DNA of 64,000 nucleotides from positions 1,178,001-1,242,000 of the forward strand of contig JAKMXF010000222.1 of assembly GCA_024704765.1 (NCBI GenBank), given 5' to 3'. Source of the stretch: Oopsacas minuta (lineage: Eukaryota > Animalia > Porifera). The translations under genes were made by a program, and so were the position numbers. The notes beneath the pieces were generated by a model. The model did no database searches and was not told the origin of the DNA. It saw nothing but the letters and a program-made list of their open reading frames with translations. Positions 49,427 to 63,011 of this stretch are shown here, piece by piece (the stretch's first letter is position 1; the number at the start of each line of letters is the position of its first letter).

Positions 49427-50203
49427 ATGGCACAACCGGACGATATACAGATTGCTCCGGTGGAGAGAGATGCATACATAACAGAGACTAGTTTTGTTGA
49501 TAACTCATTTGTTACTGAAGATGATATTCCTATCGTAGAAGACTTCACAGCTGTTTCAGAAGGTGTTGGGTATTTGAATATGTACACTTCTGATTGTGAT
49601 CCGGACACTGTAAGTGCTAAAAAAGCTGAAGAAATTGTTGAAATAAAGGAGAATACGATTAAACGAATAATTTCAGCTCGATGGCTACTGAATGACTATC
49701 TAAGCTCTGACGATAGGGACCCCCAGGATAAGTTCAACAATCTCCAGAATTTCACAAAAGACATTATTTCTTTCGTTAAGATTCTTTTCTTACTAAAGAG
49801 CTCAGAATCTTCTCCTGATGAAGTAAAATCAAAACATTCTACTCTCATAACTAATCCTGCTGCAGACTCGCATGACACAGGTAACCTCACAGACAGTAGT
49901 CCTCTATTGGGAGACTTTCAGACACATGAAGCTGATGATATAGCTATTCTACAGAGTATACGTGCTGAGGTAGAGTATTACAGTCAGCAGTGGGTAGAAT
50001 TAGGAGAGTCATCTGAAGAAAGAAAAAGAGTATTTTCTGATCCAGATACAGATGATTTCTCTCAGTTCAGTTCTGTGTCATTTCGCTCTCTTTCATATAA
50101 AAGGAATTTCTTGTGGGTGATTCTAGCAATTATTGTTAGTATGGTGGTAATTGTGATTTTTATAATCTTAGTTTTGATTATAATATTTTCAGTTAACAGG
50201 TAG
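49427..50203 (+). CDS. Uncharacterised acidic protein with one C-terminal transmembrane segment, 258 aa
   Basis: Long open frame with gene-like composition; hydrophobic FLWVILAIIVSMVVIVIFIILVLIIIFSV three residues before the stop. Confidence 0.6.
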   Translation: MAQPDDIQIAPVERDAYITETSFVDNSFVTEDDIPIVEDFTAVSEGVGYLNMYTSDCDPDTVSAKKAEEIVEIKENTIKRIISARWLLNDYLSSDDRDPQDKFNNLQNFTKDIISFVKILFLLKSSESSPDEVKSKHSTLITNPAADSHDTGNLTDSSPLLGDFQTHEADDIAILQSIRAEVEYYSQQWVELGESSEERKRVFSDPDTDDFSQFSSVSFRSLSYKRNFLWVILAIIVSMVVIVIFIILVLIIIFSVNR

Positions 50204-50529
50204 ACTCAACCTGTTAACTGAAAATTTCTTTTTGTAGCTTAATTCTTTCTTCTTATTTTAATATGAATATTTATTTTTACTTACAAGTACCATTTTTGTA
50301 CAGTGGATAATTTCATTTGGAATTGTTCTTGCGATACATTATTAACCTAAACATATTTACTCAAGTCTTAATTTTTATGTTATGCGTGTTATGTTAGTGC
50401 GCGAAATACAACACTCATAAGTAAACATAGTCACATCAGATCAGTTTCAGAAGGCTTATGCAAGTGCTTGAGTTATTATTAATATTAGGTTTTAAATTTC
50501 CAACCGTTTAAGAAGTGACGTATATTTAT

Positions 50530-50800
50530 GGAAAGCTGTATTGAATTCGAAATTCGAAATTCTGAGATGTCGCATTACTATGTATTTATTATTTATCGTG
50601 TTTACCAAGAAAGTCTCATGTAAATTTATTGTTGTTTTTATTAATATCAAGTAAACAAATAATTTAAATCTCAAATTATACATAGAGACTTGCTTTAAAC
50701 GATATTTATGGTAATCAAGTACACGCTGAATCCGAATTTAGCATTTTCAAGTTTCTAACATATACAATTATTGTTGTTTTTATGAATATAGTAGATACCA
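50530..50800 (+). repeat. AT-rich interspersed repeat module, related to 55050-55670 and (inverted) 61890-62335
   Basis: Shared GCTGAATCCGA..TTATTGTTGTTTTTATGAATATA and AAATCTCAA motifs. Confidence 0.55.
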
Positions 50801-51179
50801 ATTTCAATATAGTTCCAGAAACTTGGTTTAAACGGTTATTCTAGGGTAAGTACAGTAATCCCAAACAGTTATACTTATTAGGTTAACAAAGGTGCCCCGA
50901 TTTGCGAATGTCTACTGTATTATAATTTGTATTTGTATTCTACCTCTTTAGTTAATTAATTATATAGCTATTATATATATCAGTAATTTATATATCAGTA
51001 ATTTTGGCTTCTCTTCATGAATACTGATATTTGTTCCGAGTCCGAGCGTTTCAACCTTGGATCTTTGGCACAGAGGAAGTATTAGCCACGTCCCCGGTTA
51101 TTATTAAATTCCATTATTGTGTTGGCTGTATTTTGCTACTTATCCCTAGCTCTGGTATTTATAGTTGGGAATTAAACGA

Positions 51180-51833
51180 ATGTCTTCAGCTACTCCTGTA
51201 CATGCTGATTGCTTCAACATTCTACTCTTGGGTCAAGCTGATGTTGGTAAATCCTCTATCATAAGAAGATTGGATCAAAATTGTTTTGTAGAGGGTCAAG
51301 GCACTAATAGTCTTGGGAGGGATTTTATCGCTAAAAATTTCATAACAAATTCTGGTGAAGTCTCTTGTCGGATTTGGGACACTGCAGACATGGAACGTCA
51401 CTCTGCTAACATTCCTAGCCACTTGTTCAGGGGTAAACAAGGTTTTGTATTCGTATTGAGTTTTACCTGTAAACATTCCTGGCGAAACCTCAGGGATTGG
51501 ATTGATATTGCAAAGTCATTTTACCCATCCGGTCTTCCTCCCAGCATCATTTTAGCAAACAAAAATGATTCTCAGCCATCTGAAAAGACCGTAAATGAAG
51601 TAAAAGATATGTATAATGGTTATAAATGTTTCGAAACTAGTGCTTTATCAGGGCATGGATTAATTGAAGCATTCGAATTTCTAGCAGATGAAATGCTTAG
51701 ATATAATTCAAATAGGCATGACAGAGATCATTACAATAGAGGGAGGGATGATGCTATCCGTGGAGCATCATTCTCTACAGTTGATTCTCCATTTAACTTT
51801 GTTAGACTCATGAAAACATGTTCTATATTATAA
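51180..51833 (+). CDS. Divergent Rab-like small GTPase with CaaL end, intronless, 217 aa
   Basis: G1 GQADVGKS, LGRDF, G3 WDTADME, G4 NKND, G5 ETSAL, C-terminal CSIL. Confidence 0.82.
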   Translation: MSSATPVHADCFNILLLGQADVGKSSIIRRLDQNCFVEGQGTNSLGRDFIAKNFITNSGEVSCRIWDTADMERHSANIPSHLFRGKQGFVFVLSFTCKHSWRNLRDWIDIAKSFYPSGLPPSIILANKNDSQPSEKTVNEVKDMYNGYKCFETSALSGHGLIEAFEFLADEMLRYNSNRHDRDHYNRGRDDAIRGASFSTVDSPFNFVRLMKTCSIL

Positions 51834-54800
51834 GTTGTATTCCTGGCGTGTATATTTTATTTCCACTATTTGTATATCAGTTGAATTTCAATTTATTTTC
51901 ACGATCTTCATATTCTGTGATTTATGATGTATTTACCAACATAAATATCGACTCGTACTTATAATTTTATGTATTCTTGGCTATCAAATAACTGGCCCCT
52001 CGCTTATTCATCTGTAAAAATTCACAATTTTCAATATTTCGTCAATAAACTGGACATTACTAGACACAAGAAATCCGAGAATTTGACACCAATATCCTCG
52101 TTAGGTCACTTAATTGAACCTAGGAGAGTTAATTGTACAATCGATATTGGAATAATAGAGTAGATCTATTATCGTACCATACATGTAATAGTAATTGTGC
52201 ACTGAATTAACGATAAGCTATTTTATATTACTTGTCCATAACGGTTCATGCTCACATTAGTGAGGGAATACACATAATGATAATTTCAAGGTTTATTCGG
52301 ACGAATAGAATTCAAGCGAGGAAGGTCCGAAATCAAGTTGTGCCGAGCTGCACGAACGACCAAATTATCTAGATAATCATTCTATCATATAAGTGTTATT
52401 TAAGTGTTTTTAACCTTATGACACATCGCACACTTGCTATGAGACTTAGCTTTATGATAAAAATAATACTAAATAGTAGTTGATTATAGTTCTATAGAAA
52501 CTTTTAGTTAGGACTCTTTTGTGTTCATAACTGCATAGCACTGCCATCCAGGGGTACAGGGTTGAAGTCTTGGATATATAAAAATATTGGACCATACACC
52601 TGAACTGCATTCTAATTATTTTCATGCGCCTAGGCTATAGATTTAGGATATAAGAATCTTTTAACATAGAGATTGCGCGTATCTCCACTAATCCAGGGGT
52701 TGTTAACACTAGCTACACTTATGGATGCAAGACACATTTTACTACTTGTATAGTTAAAATTTCAATATTTTTTGCCCAGATAAAACGTAATGAGATAGTT
52801 GAATGGTTAAAATATTTTACATACTAACTGACCTATAAAATACAATACCTTCCGCCGTCCCAGTTTCCTAAGGAATTCCGGATGAGAAACAAGTAATTTA
52901 GTCTACATGGCCTAAGTTATATATTTTCAAATCTACACATAATATTCAATAAACTGTATTCAACCACGAATAGATAGCTGTTGGATGTTATCGACATGAA
53001 CACTTGTGAAACCACCTAGTCTCATTAATTTGCATAATAAACTTATCCTATACTTTAAGTAATTACTCATATTCTACTATCAAAAGATAATCTACTCACA
53101 TATTTGTTTGTATTTCCTTAGAACCTAGAGGGTTGTCCTTCATAATATATCCACCTGGAAAATGGTTTGACTGAAAACAACATCGCTGACGCAAAGAAAT
53201 TGACCAAATGGCAATAAGATATATATTAAAACCACTGAGAAATGCAAATGGTGTGAAACTTAAACTTGCTCATAGATGATACGTAATCCCTAATTTACAC
53301 AAGGGACATAAGGCGATACAAAGTTCATTTATAATGTGACTTGTAAAATTGTAATTAACCAAAAGAAATCTTTAGCTAAGCAGGTTCAAGTTTCAGACAT
53401 TAGAAATATAGCAAATCTATATTTTTGGGTAGATAGATTAATTGTAACTTTTGGTGTGTGAATATATTACCTCAGAAAATGGATACGAGCAGTAATTAGT
53501 GAAGTCTTGTGTTTCATACTCTTCTATATTTTGTTGAGATTATACTTTACTTTGAGGAAGGAGGAGGTTTTAGGTTAGAACATACGGAGAGTAATCTATA
53601 TTTACCAGATGAAGGGTTACAATTCATCATCATGTGCATAGGCAAGCTGCATATATTGAAAGATCTTTTTAGTTGAAATCAAATTATTCAGCGAATATAG
53701 ATTATTATTAAGTAATATGAAAAACAGTCAGTATTGTATTATTTATTGTGTAGCAATAAATTGAACTCTATGATTACAGGATTAGGAAGTTTGTGGAAGT
53801 ATAATTATTAATTATATATTCTGATCTAAAATATATATTATTTTATCTTAGTATGGGAAATACTGGACTGATTTCATTGGTGTTTACTAGTCATTTATTA
53901 ACTGTAAAATGTATGCTTCTTGTGTTAATTTGCTCTATTAACAGCAAGAAGCATACATATTACAGTCAATAAATGCACATAATTATGTGATAATGCCCAG
54001 AATTCTGACAGTATATTTGCATCTTGAAAATATTTAAACATTACCTCCAAGCAGGTATAACCACTAATACAGGATCAAACTCCATCCCAACCAAGTGAGG
54101 AATGCCTCAAAATAACCTAAAACGAATTTCTACTCTACTGTGGAACGGACAAAACAGGAAAACAATGATTCGTAGGCTATGAATGATTGAATTTAATTAC
54201 AGTATATGATAGATTATAACATTCTGAACCTGGGTTTACTTGTTCCATTCCAAATAAGTGCTTTAATATTAAAGGAGGAAATATGGATGTATTTTCCTCC
54301 ACAATAGGAGACAAAACACTTAATTAAATGATCAATATTTCCCTCCCTCCATGTACGCAATCTAAGTTAGGAAACTCTATTAAATTGAGTAATGTTTACA
54401 TTTCTCATCAGCGGCACTTATATTGTAATCAGACCCATGTGTCATGACCTAAACACTAATATTAATAACACAGCCAATTTGTTAATTACTTGAAGAGGTA
54501 AACTACAAATATAAAAGCTTGTTAGGTAATTGACTGCCTGACTATAGGTATAAATGAGCGATTACGAAATAATTATGAAACTGATATAAATATTTTGTAT
54601 TAATGATGCTGAAGAACTCATAATTATATATCACATTCTTGAATAATTTATTCCATCGGAGGATATCAGAGACTGTACATTCTATAAATAATGACTACTT
54701 ACTCTTCTCGTATAATTATCATTAGTACAACCTTGAAGATTACTTTCTTATTAACTAAGTTGTATGTTGTATCATTGAACAACTTTATCTGACTAATTTA

Positions 54801-55049
54801 AGGTTATCGTTCCAATTGCTTAATTTAGATTTTGCAATTACCGTTGCTGCAAGCTGCATGCGACTAATGAATTTCTACATTCTTAGAGTCCCAATCCCAT
54901 ATTTCTGGATTGGGTATTCCTGAATCCCTGGATTAGTGTCACCAATTGTAAATGATGTAAATTTGAATTATCTAATAACTGGTCGATATGCTGATCTTAA
55001 GAATAGATAAAATATTATCTTATTTATTAAAACTCCAAAGGTCTTAAAA

Positions 55050-55670
55050 TCATACTTCTATAGCTATAATTGGGTAATCCAGTATGCTGAGTCCGAATAT
55101 GATATTGTTAGCATCTTATGATTAATATTTGTTGTTGTTTATTTTCAAATTTCAAAAAAGTATTTGAACGAAAAATGACCATGAAAATATTAAGCGCCAG
55201 GGCTCTTATTCAGAGAAATACCGTATGTATATATATTATTAAATCTCAATTGTTGTCTGATTGTTTGTCCGTTGTCAAGGAAAGGATTTATGGCATGCAC
55301 TTTTGAAATTTCCGCATAACTATGTATTTATCGTGTTTCTCAAGAAAGTAAATAGAATTCAATATACTTCACTAAATATACCGAACATGCTGAATCCGAT
55401 TTTCACACTTTTGGATTAATCATATGTAAATTTATTATTGTTTTTATGAATATAAAGTAAACAAATTTCAAAATTGAGGTAGAATCATACTTTTAACAAC
55501 TATACTGGGGTAATCGATTATACTGAATCTGAATATTGTAAGCCACATCAATATTATTAAATCTCAATTGTTGTTTGCTTGTTTGTTTGTCCGCTGAATA
55601 CCTCGAGGCGCAATGCGCCGAGTTCATCGCGAAGCGACGAGCCAAAGGCTCGTATATTATGAAATATAGA
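55050..55670 (-). repeat. Cluster of DINE-1/Helentron-like repeat modules with (TTTG)n microsatellite
   Basis: 55600-55655 is the reverse complement of 61905-61955 (GAGCCTTTGGCTCGT.GCTTCGCGAT.AACTCGGCGCATTGCGCCTCGAG). AAATCTCAATTGTTG..TTGTTTGTCCG occurs twice. Confidence 0.55.
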
Positions 55671-58600
55671 TTATCAGTCTGGATCCCGGGATTAAAATCT
55701 TATTGGAGGATTTGACCATTGCTCTCGGTCCTACACGCCAAAAGGAATATATCATATATGTATATATCTTGAAATTATATTTATTTTAATTTAATTATTG
55801 TGTGAGTTCCTGTTTGCCAGGAATGATCTACTGTATTATATATCTTGTATGGTTCAATCCACTTCTCAATTACTAGTGAACAGTTCATATAATTGTTCTA
55901 ATGTACTCTACCTTCCTGGCTATAGTATAGTTCTCTCTACTATCTCGCAGCAAGTAATAAAAGAGGCGGAATAGTCTGGTCAGGTTTAATTACTTTTGAA
56001 TCAATTTGATATTTGATATTGACCAGATTCAGATAATTATAAAATTGGGAAAGTTACATTTGACAAAACTTTAACCTTTCTAACTTTAACATTGTTTTTC
56101 AGATTATCTATTGTAACATATTTGTTACGATATAATAATATTCTCAGTAATATGATAATGTATTGGGGTCTATTTGTGGATGACTTTTGGGGTTAAAATA
56201 TTTTTAGAATAATTAATTTAACGAAAGTGATATACGTATAATTAATGTAATTAATGATGATAGTTATGATTATGAGCAAGTTAATTCATTTAATGGACCA
56301 ATCTCTCCGCCCATGATTAGTTGGTTATGTATTTCTTCAGTATTAATATATTTATCATATAGGGTATTAAAATTAAGTTGGTACAGGCGGTGATTTAAGT
56401 TTTTTTTAATCTCAAATCACCGTCTGTACCAACTTAAATTTTACAAACTTCATTTTAGTCGATTATTGAAAGATATTATTATACTAAATATCCATTTTAG
56501 CAAAGAAAGATAAAATTGAATTTTACTAATTTGTAGACATTTTGAAAATGGCAAAATCGAATTCTACGTCCCTGTTTACCCCTATCTAACAAGTGGAAGC
56601 TAATCTCTAGGATATTTTGAAATGTTCACCAAAAGGTGTGAAAATCTACACATTAGAAATTTATCAAATTCAGGTACACAACTAGATGTCATGTCACTAT
56701 GAGTATACATGCCAGATTTGGCGTCTTAATCTCTAAAAGTGTGAACAGCAGAGCGAAAACATATATGTATATATATATATATATACGATTATACGTATAT
56801 ACTCAGTCAACCATTGCTGAACTGAGCCACTATACTATGGAATAATATTAGTCGGCACAGTACAAATTAAGAAAAATTTCGATCATATTTTCTATCGTTT
56901 TAGGCTGACAGAATTTAAAGAATTGCGAATCTAGATCCCAAAATGTATATCAAAATGTACGTACTAATTTCATGGTAATCGGACTGGTAGATTTCGCATG
57001 GCCGCGCGGACGGACGCACGCACGCACCGGCACGTAATAGATTCCCTTATAGGAGGTGATTTTTGATGAACGATCGTCATCGTCATCGTGATCATTAATT
57101 TGGTGATCAACTAATGCCTACGTATATGACATGTAAATGAACTGAAAATGACCTGATCTGTTGCAATATTTTCACGATGACCTGGCATGGCCTAACTATA
57201 ATAATATAGAACCTTTTGACAAGCCTGAGTACTGATGCCTGCCTGCCTATATAATAATATCATCCTTACTCACTCACTGTACATAATTAATGATCTCAAT
57301 AATTGCCCACCACATGATGAACAATTTGAGATTTATTAGTACTAGAACATACTGTCCGGACGAGGCCTCCTCAATATGGATTTCTGAGCAGGGGGAGGAC
57401 TGGACCATATACTTTGAACCCTGTTTTGGGTTTGAAATTCTTAGGGCGACTGAATGGCATAGCTATCACCTTGGTGATGATAAATTTTATAATCATGTAT
57501 TCAAGGTGTATTGTTAGTTTCAAAATTGTATATATATAAACATACATTTCCTGTTCTTCGAAAATAAGTACTATTACCTCAATTCCGGGTCCAATCACTG
57601 TGCAGCTGTGTGATAATTATTTAGAGTTAGAGTCATCCGATCTTTGAGGTTGTTTATGCATTAGACATATGCTAAATTCAATCCATGCCACGAAGAGTTA
57701 TTCAAAGGACGGGGTCGGGTTGAAACTCCCTGGATATGTTAGAAATCCACACGTAAAAGAACTATCAAAAATGAGTTATTTATCATACGATTAGTGGTGT
57801 TAGGTAGGCAATTTTTGATGAAAAGGTTCACAGCTTCCGTTATAATTTTGCAATTTTATTATACTATTTAAACATAACTATTCCCGTATGATAAACATAA
57901 CTATCCTCGTATGATAAATTTTATAATGTTGGCGTACTTGTTGGTTAAAGTTATGCGCAAATATATAATTGTGTGAGATACTGAAAACAGTTGATTCGCA
58001 TGAATTTGCTTGCCTACCCCCTATGCTATTCAAATAAAATGGGAAGTAAATATACTCAGAAAAACTCTATCTCGAGCAATCCAATATTACTATAATAAGC
58101 TGCATTACCGATGACAAAAACATATTAGAATGAACCAATAAGTTAAGATGTCATTAGTGGATTATTTGATTTATTTCCCAAAGTCTAGCAAATTCTTTCA
58201 GGACACCAATTTATATAATTTCTATTGTACTGGATAATTAATATTATATTTTGTTATTTATACCCAAAAGTAAAAGAATATTTCTCATTTTAATATCGTT
58301 GGAGTAATGAAATATCAGAAATTATTTATGGTACATGCATAAAGAATTATTATACAATTACAATACAATTAAAATATAGTTATAATACAAAGTACATAAT
58401 TTGTATACATTATTAATACATCAATATATTAGTATATTATTTATTTATTATTATATTAATCTGTGTCTGATTCTTGAATGAATGAAGAATTTATTTACTA
58501 GCTATGTAATTACTGTAGTGTTGATTTATTTATTCTATACTATTCTATACTATTCTATACTATTATGTTTAGTATTAGGATTAAATATTGTTATTATTGA

Positions 58601-58694
58601 TTGGAGAAAAATTATCGTAAAATGTTGTATAATTGATTATTTATAGTCGGTAATTATTTCATGCTAATTAGATGTCATTAATATAAGTTGTTTG

Positions 58695-58768
58695 TTATTT
58701 AGTTAGTTAGTAGTTAATTAGTTAGTTAGTTAGTAGTTAATTAGTTAGTTAGTTAGTTAGTTAGTTAT
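58695..58768. repeat. (TTAG)n microsatellite immediately 3' of the Sp gene stop
   Basis: Direct reading of TTAGTTAGTTAG runs. Confidence 0.9.
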
Positions 58769-58780
58769 TTTATTATGTTA

Positions 58781-60172
58781 CTATAACCTATGCTCTTTGA
58801 TAAGATCTTCACGAGTTTCCAAAAGAAGCGATTTGTTGGCTCCAGCTAATTCCATAATCTGTGAGTTGGGTATAGTGTAGTTATGCAGATACTGACTAGG
58901 TGTAGATCCAATGTCTACGTAGTTTGGTGTCAGCACAGGGTCGCATTTAGGAAGTATTGTATTCTTAGTTTCTACGAGTTTATGTTTTGCATGTGTCTTC
59001 TTGTGTTTACTCAGATGGTCACTTCGCATGAATCTCTTGGAACAGATATCACAGGCGAATCTTTTCTCCCCGGTATGTGTTCTTCTATGCCTCTGTAGCT
59101 CGTCACTACGAGTGAAGCATTTCCCACAGAATAACCAATCACAGACAAATGGTCGTTCTCCTGTATGCCATCGCAGATGAGCTCTCAGATGAGAAGTCTT
59201 ACCATACATTTTACCACAATCCTGATAATGACAAATATGGGTTTTCTTTTTTCCAACTTTGCTATTCTCCCCGTTTATGCAGTTAGGACAGTTGCAAGCT
59301 ATTCTACGTGTTCTCTTTTGAGGTTTGTACTCTGTGGTAGGAGTTTGATAGCAGGAGGTAGCAAACCTTTGGTATGCGGAGGGACCAAGGGACTTTATCA
59401 ATGTTGCTTGGTTGGTAAACTGCTGCATTATAGCGTATCTCTCACAAACTTTGATGTCCTGGTTGTTAAACGACTGGTAAGCTGCTGAACTGGCGGAATT
59501 TGGCGTTATAGGTGTAATCGGGGTATTAGGCATACTGTTTAATGTGTGTGGATGTTGTTTGATGGTCGTAGTATTGAATGGTTGACAATGAGGTTGGATA
59601 TTGGACAGCTTTCCTTGTGGCCATCCGCAATTACCATTTATGGGCAGTATAGTTGGTCGAATACTCACTGGGGAGCATGATGTATTGCTTGCCTTTGCCA
59701 TCTAAAGAGTAGAATTTATTGAATTGTGCTCTCATACAACATAATCATAAGGAAATAATAAAATACGTATTAGGAATTTTCGATATTATAATAATTAAAT
59801 TTTAATAAAACTCACTTCAATTTTCTGAATGAAATTGATAGTTGTCCCTGAACTTTGTGGGTTTACTCCAAATTGGTTGTTTGGCAGGTTAGATAGTGCT
59901 ATTTGGGCGGGATAATGTAAAGAGTTAGGAGACTGGGCATTACAATCTGATACTAATGTTTGATTCTGATAAGGGAGACTATGATATTGTGTGTATGCAT
60001 TGAGATTTGCTTGTTGGTAGAAATTGTTGTTATTATTGCTTGACACATTATGAGTATAGCTCCCTTCTGGAGAATGAGGTTCTTGAATCCAAATACCTGA
60101 ATCTGGAGAATTGACATCTGTATTCAATGTGTCAGTTAATTTGGGCGTGTCAGTCGATAAGGCTTGTGTCAT
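58781..60172 (-). CDS. Sp/buttonhead-family C2H2 transcription factor; exons 60172-59816 and 59701-58781; ~425 aa
   Basis: Buttonhead box [10 protein letters not shown]; three fingers [61 protein letters not shown]; phase-0 intron GAA/GTGAGT..TTTAG/ATG. A further upstream exon (donor at 60361) is possible. Confidence 0.9.
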
Positions 60173-60324
60173 TGGTGCTAAGTTTTGACAAGCAAGAAAG
60201 TTGCTTATATTATTCCAATTTTGGCTGGTGCACTATAAAATGAACAATTTATAATAATACATAATCTATATTTAATTATTTATAAATTGCGTCAAAGTTA
60301 ATAGACTATTTGAAAGGCTGCTAA

Positions 60325-60352
60325 TTAATTAATTAATTAATTAATTAATTAA
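60325..60352. repeat. (TTAA)n microsatellite
   Basis: Direct reading. Confidence 0.85.
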
Positions 60353-61889
60353 TGACTTACCGACAGTGGTGGCACTTCAAAGAAATATCCTCTATCTTTC
60401 TCAAGTGAGCTCATTGTTGCAACCATTGTATCTTCTTGATGATATGAATTATAATCTTTTTAGGGTAAAACGTAGTTTACTTATTTATTTTAATAATCTA
60501 CAGTTAAAATATATTAATTATTTATTCGATGTATTAATTTATGTTTTAAATTAAATCTAAAATCTTAATTATATAATATATAGTATTGTATTCGATTCTA
60601 GTTATGTTGTAAATATCGAATTACAATATACGTTGAATTTATCTATATTGATAAATTATTTTGGAATCCTCGGGTATACATTTACAGAGAGAGAGTATAC
60701 GTTGCTATCTTCATTTCAGTATGACCCTTATGACCTCTAAATTGCATCATGTACAATGTCAATTGATATTGTATACCGTTGCAGTTATATTAGAATTGTT
60801 GTAATCTGCAGGTGAAAGGGTGGAGCTTATTTAACATAATATACTTAGGTTAGAGCTCATTAGTCGTAAGCAGAGTTTTTCCAATTTCTACCCGATTCAT
60901 ATCTATCTTACTTACTTTTTATTTGCATTTGCATAACATACAAATTATGTGGCACAACTATTTTAAATTCTTGGAAGTAACATTATTCTTCCGTTAGCTT
61001 ATTTTTCTGCAATTAACCTCTAAGTGAACCACAAGGCTAAGTTTTACATTTGTCTATTCACTATCATACCCACAATGCTGGAGGTAACTTGATTTCAATA
61101 AATGCATTCCTTTCTATCAACATCTGCTCTGTGTGTATTTTGATAGATCCCAATGCTATGGTTTGGATGTGGAATGTCTCTTCAATACATTAATTAACGT
61201 TAGTACTTTCTTTGTTCTCAAACTTAATTAGCTATAGAGGGTTTTACTTTTCCTATTAATTATTAGTTTAAGCTCTTCTCTAGCTCATTTAGCTCCAGTC
61301 TTGAAACTAATATTATAAATGTATTTAAACTTCATTCGGCTATTTATTCACAATTAAAGAAGACGCCTTATACTTCAGTTAACTAAGTGGCCATTATTAG
61401 TTGTTATTATTTATTATAATTCTCTTCTTTAATTCTCCTTGTACGTTAGATCATTGAACTTTAAGTTTAGTGTACTGTTTTGTATATATAATTGTTATTT
61501 TGATCTGTACGAATTGTAAAGTATATTGAGATCTTGTATAATGCGCTAAACAAATGCGGTATTGTATAGCCGTACCATTTATATCTTAGATGATCCTGTG
61601 TATGTGTTTCATCAACTCATCTGTAAGTAATATTTTTAAATGCAAACTAACTTGATTTAATTAATTTCATCCTAACTTGTTCCGATTGATCCGGTTAAGT
61701 GACACGAGGCTCGCCGTACCTACAGTACCAGTTGCACCGCCCCTGGTGTGAAGTTATGATAGCATGTATTCGTGGGTAGCCTAAATGATGTGATGGTGAA
61801 CCTTAAACAAGGCTAAATGAGATGCTCGCTGTGATCCTGAAGAGCGGACCGTGGAGCGAACTCTTACTTTACTAACAATTGATATATTG

Positions 61890-62335
61890 AAACATAAACA
61901 ATTATGAGCCTTTGGCTCGTTGCTTCGCGATAAACTCGGCGCATTGCGCCTCGAGATATCTATTATTCTCCAAAATTGACGGCCCCTTTGAATAATAATA
62001 ATAATAATATAGATATATTTAGAACAATATAATTCACAAATGTACGTATATGGCATAGATATTATTGAATTATTTTGTAAGATCAACCCCCTTTGTAGCC
62101 ATTGAGAGCAAGTATCTATGTAAATTTTGAGAATTTGCTAATTTGTTTCCTTTATAGTCTTAAAAACAACAATAAATTTACATATGAGAAACTTGAAAAT
62201 GCCAAATTCAGATTCAGCGTACTGTGTTACCCCTGTGTAGCCGTTTAGAGCAAGCCTATTCATAAAACAAACATATATTTATATATCAACGGACAAACAA
62301 ACAAACAACAATTGAGATTTTATAATGTAGATTGT
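61890..62335 (+). repeat. DINE-1/Helentron-like repeat copy with (CAAA)n
   Basis: Inverted homology to 55050-55670 and 50530-50800; ends CAATTGAGATTTTATAATGTAGAT. Confidence 0.55.
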
Positions 62336-63011
62336 GTGTCAAATAAATGGAGGCGAAATTATTTTAAGTACAATGGAAACCGCCTACAGCAATTCGTCTA
62401 ATAGGAAAATCCGTCTACTAGTAACTTTTTTCATAGACATTGTGCTGTTTTGTATGGTAAATTAGTGTGCATAATAGCAAAATTCGCCTGTTAGCAAGGA
62501 AGATTAGTCAGTTTCTAGCTAAAGGTCTGTTAGACTCGATTCATATTCTTAATTTGTGGACAGGATTTGTTAAATTTCGGGCCGCGGCCGCGGTAACAAA
62601 ATTCGGCCTGCATGCAACTCATTTTTTAGCACTCGAAAGATATTATCGAGGTTCCATTCGTTCTAATTCCTAAAAAAATTTTGAACATTAAAATTTACTC
62701 TGTATGTGGTAGGTAAACTAATACTGGCACTACACATGTCACATAACTGAATGAAGATACGTACTAGTATTAAGATAATCACCAAAGTTGCAAGATACTA
62801 TCACCATCAATTTTGTATTATAAATTAAAACGATGTGTCACTTGTGATTTGTGACACATTTTACTACTTTTGTCAGCTTAGAATAGGAAGTATTAGAGTT
62901 GAGTGGGTCGAGTATGCAAGAACTTGTGAGCGTACACATTCTACTTCTTATTATATGTAGAATAGATATCTTAAGTATTTTACACTATTTAATAGTAATC
63001 CTTGAGAATTA

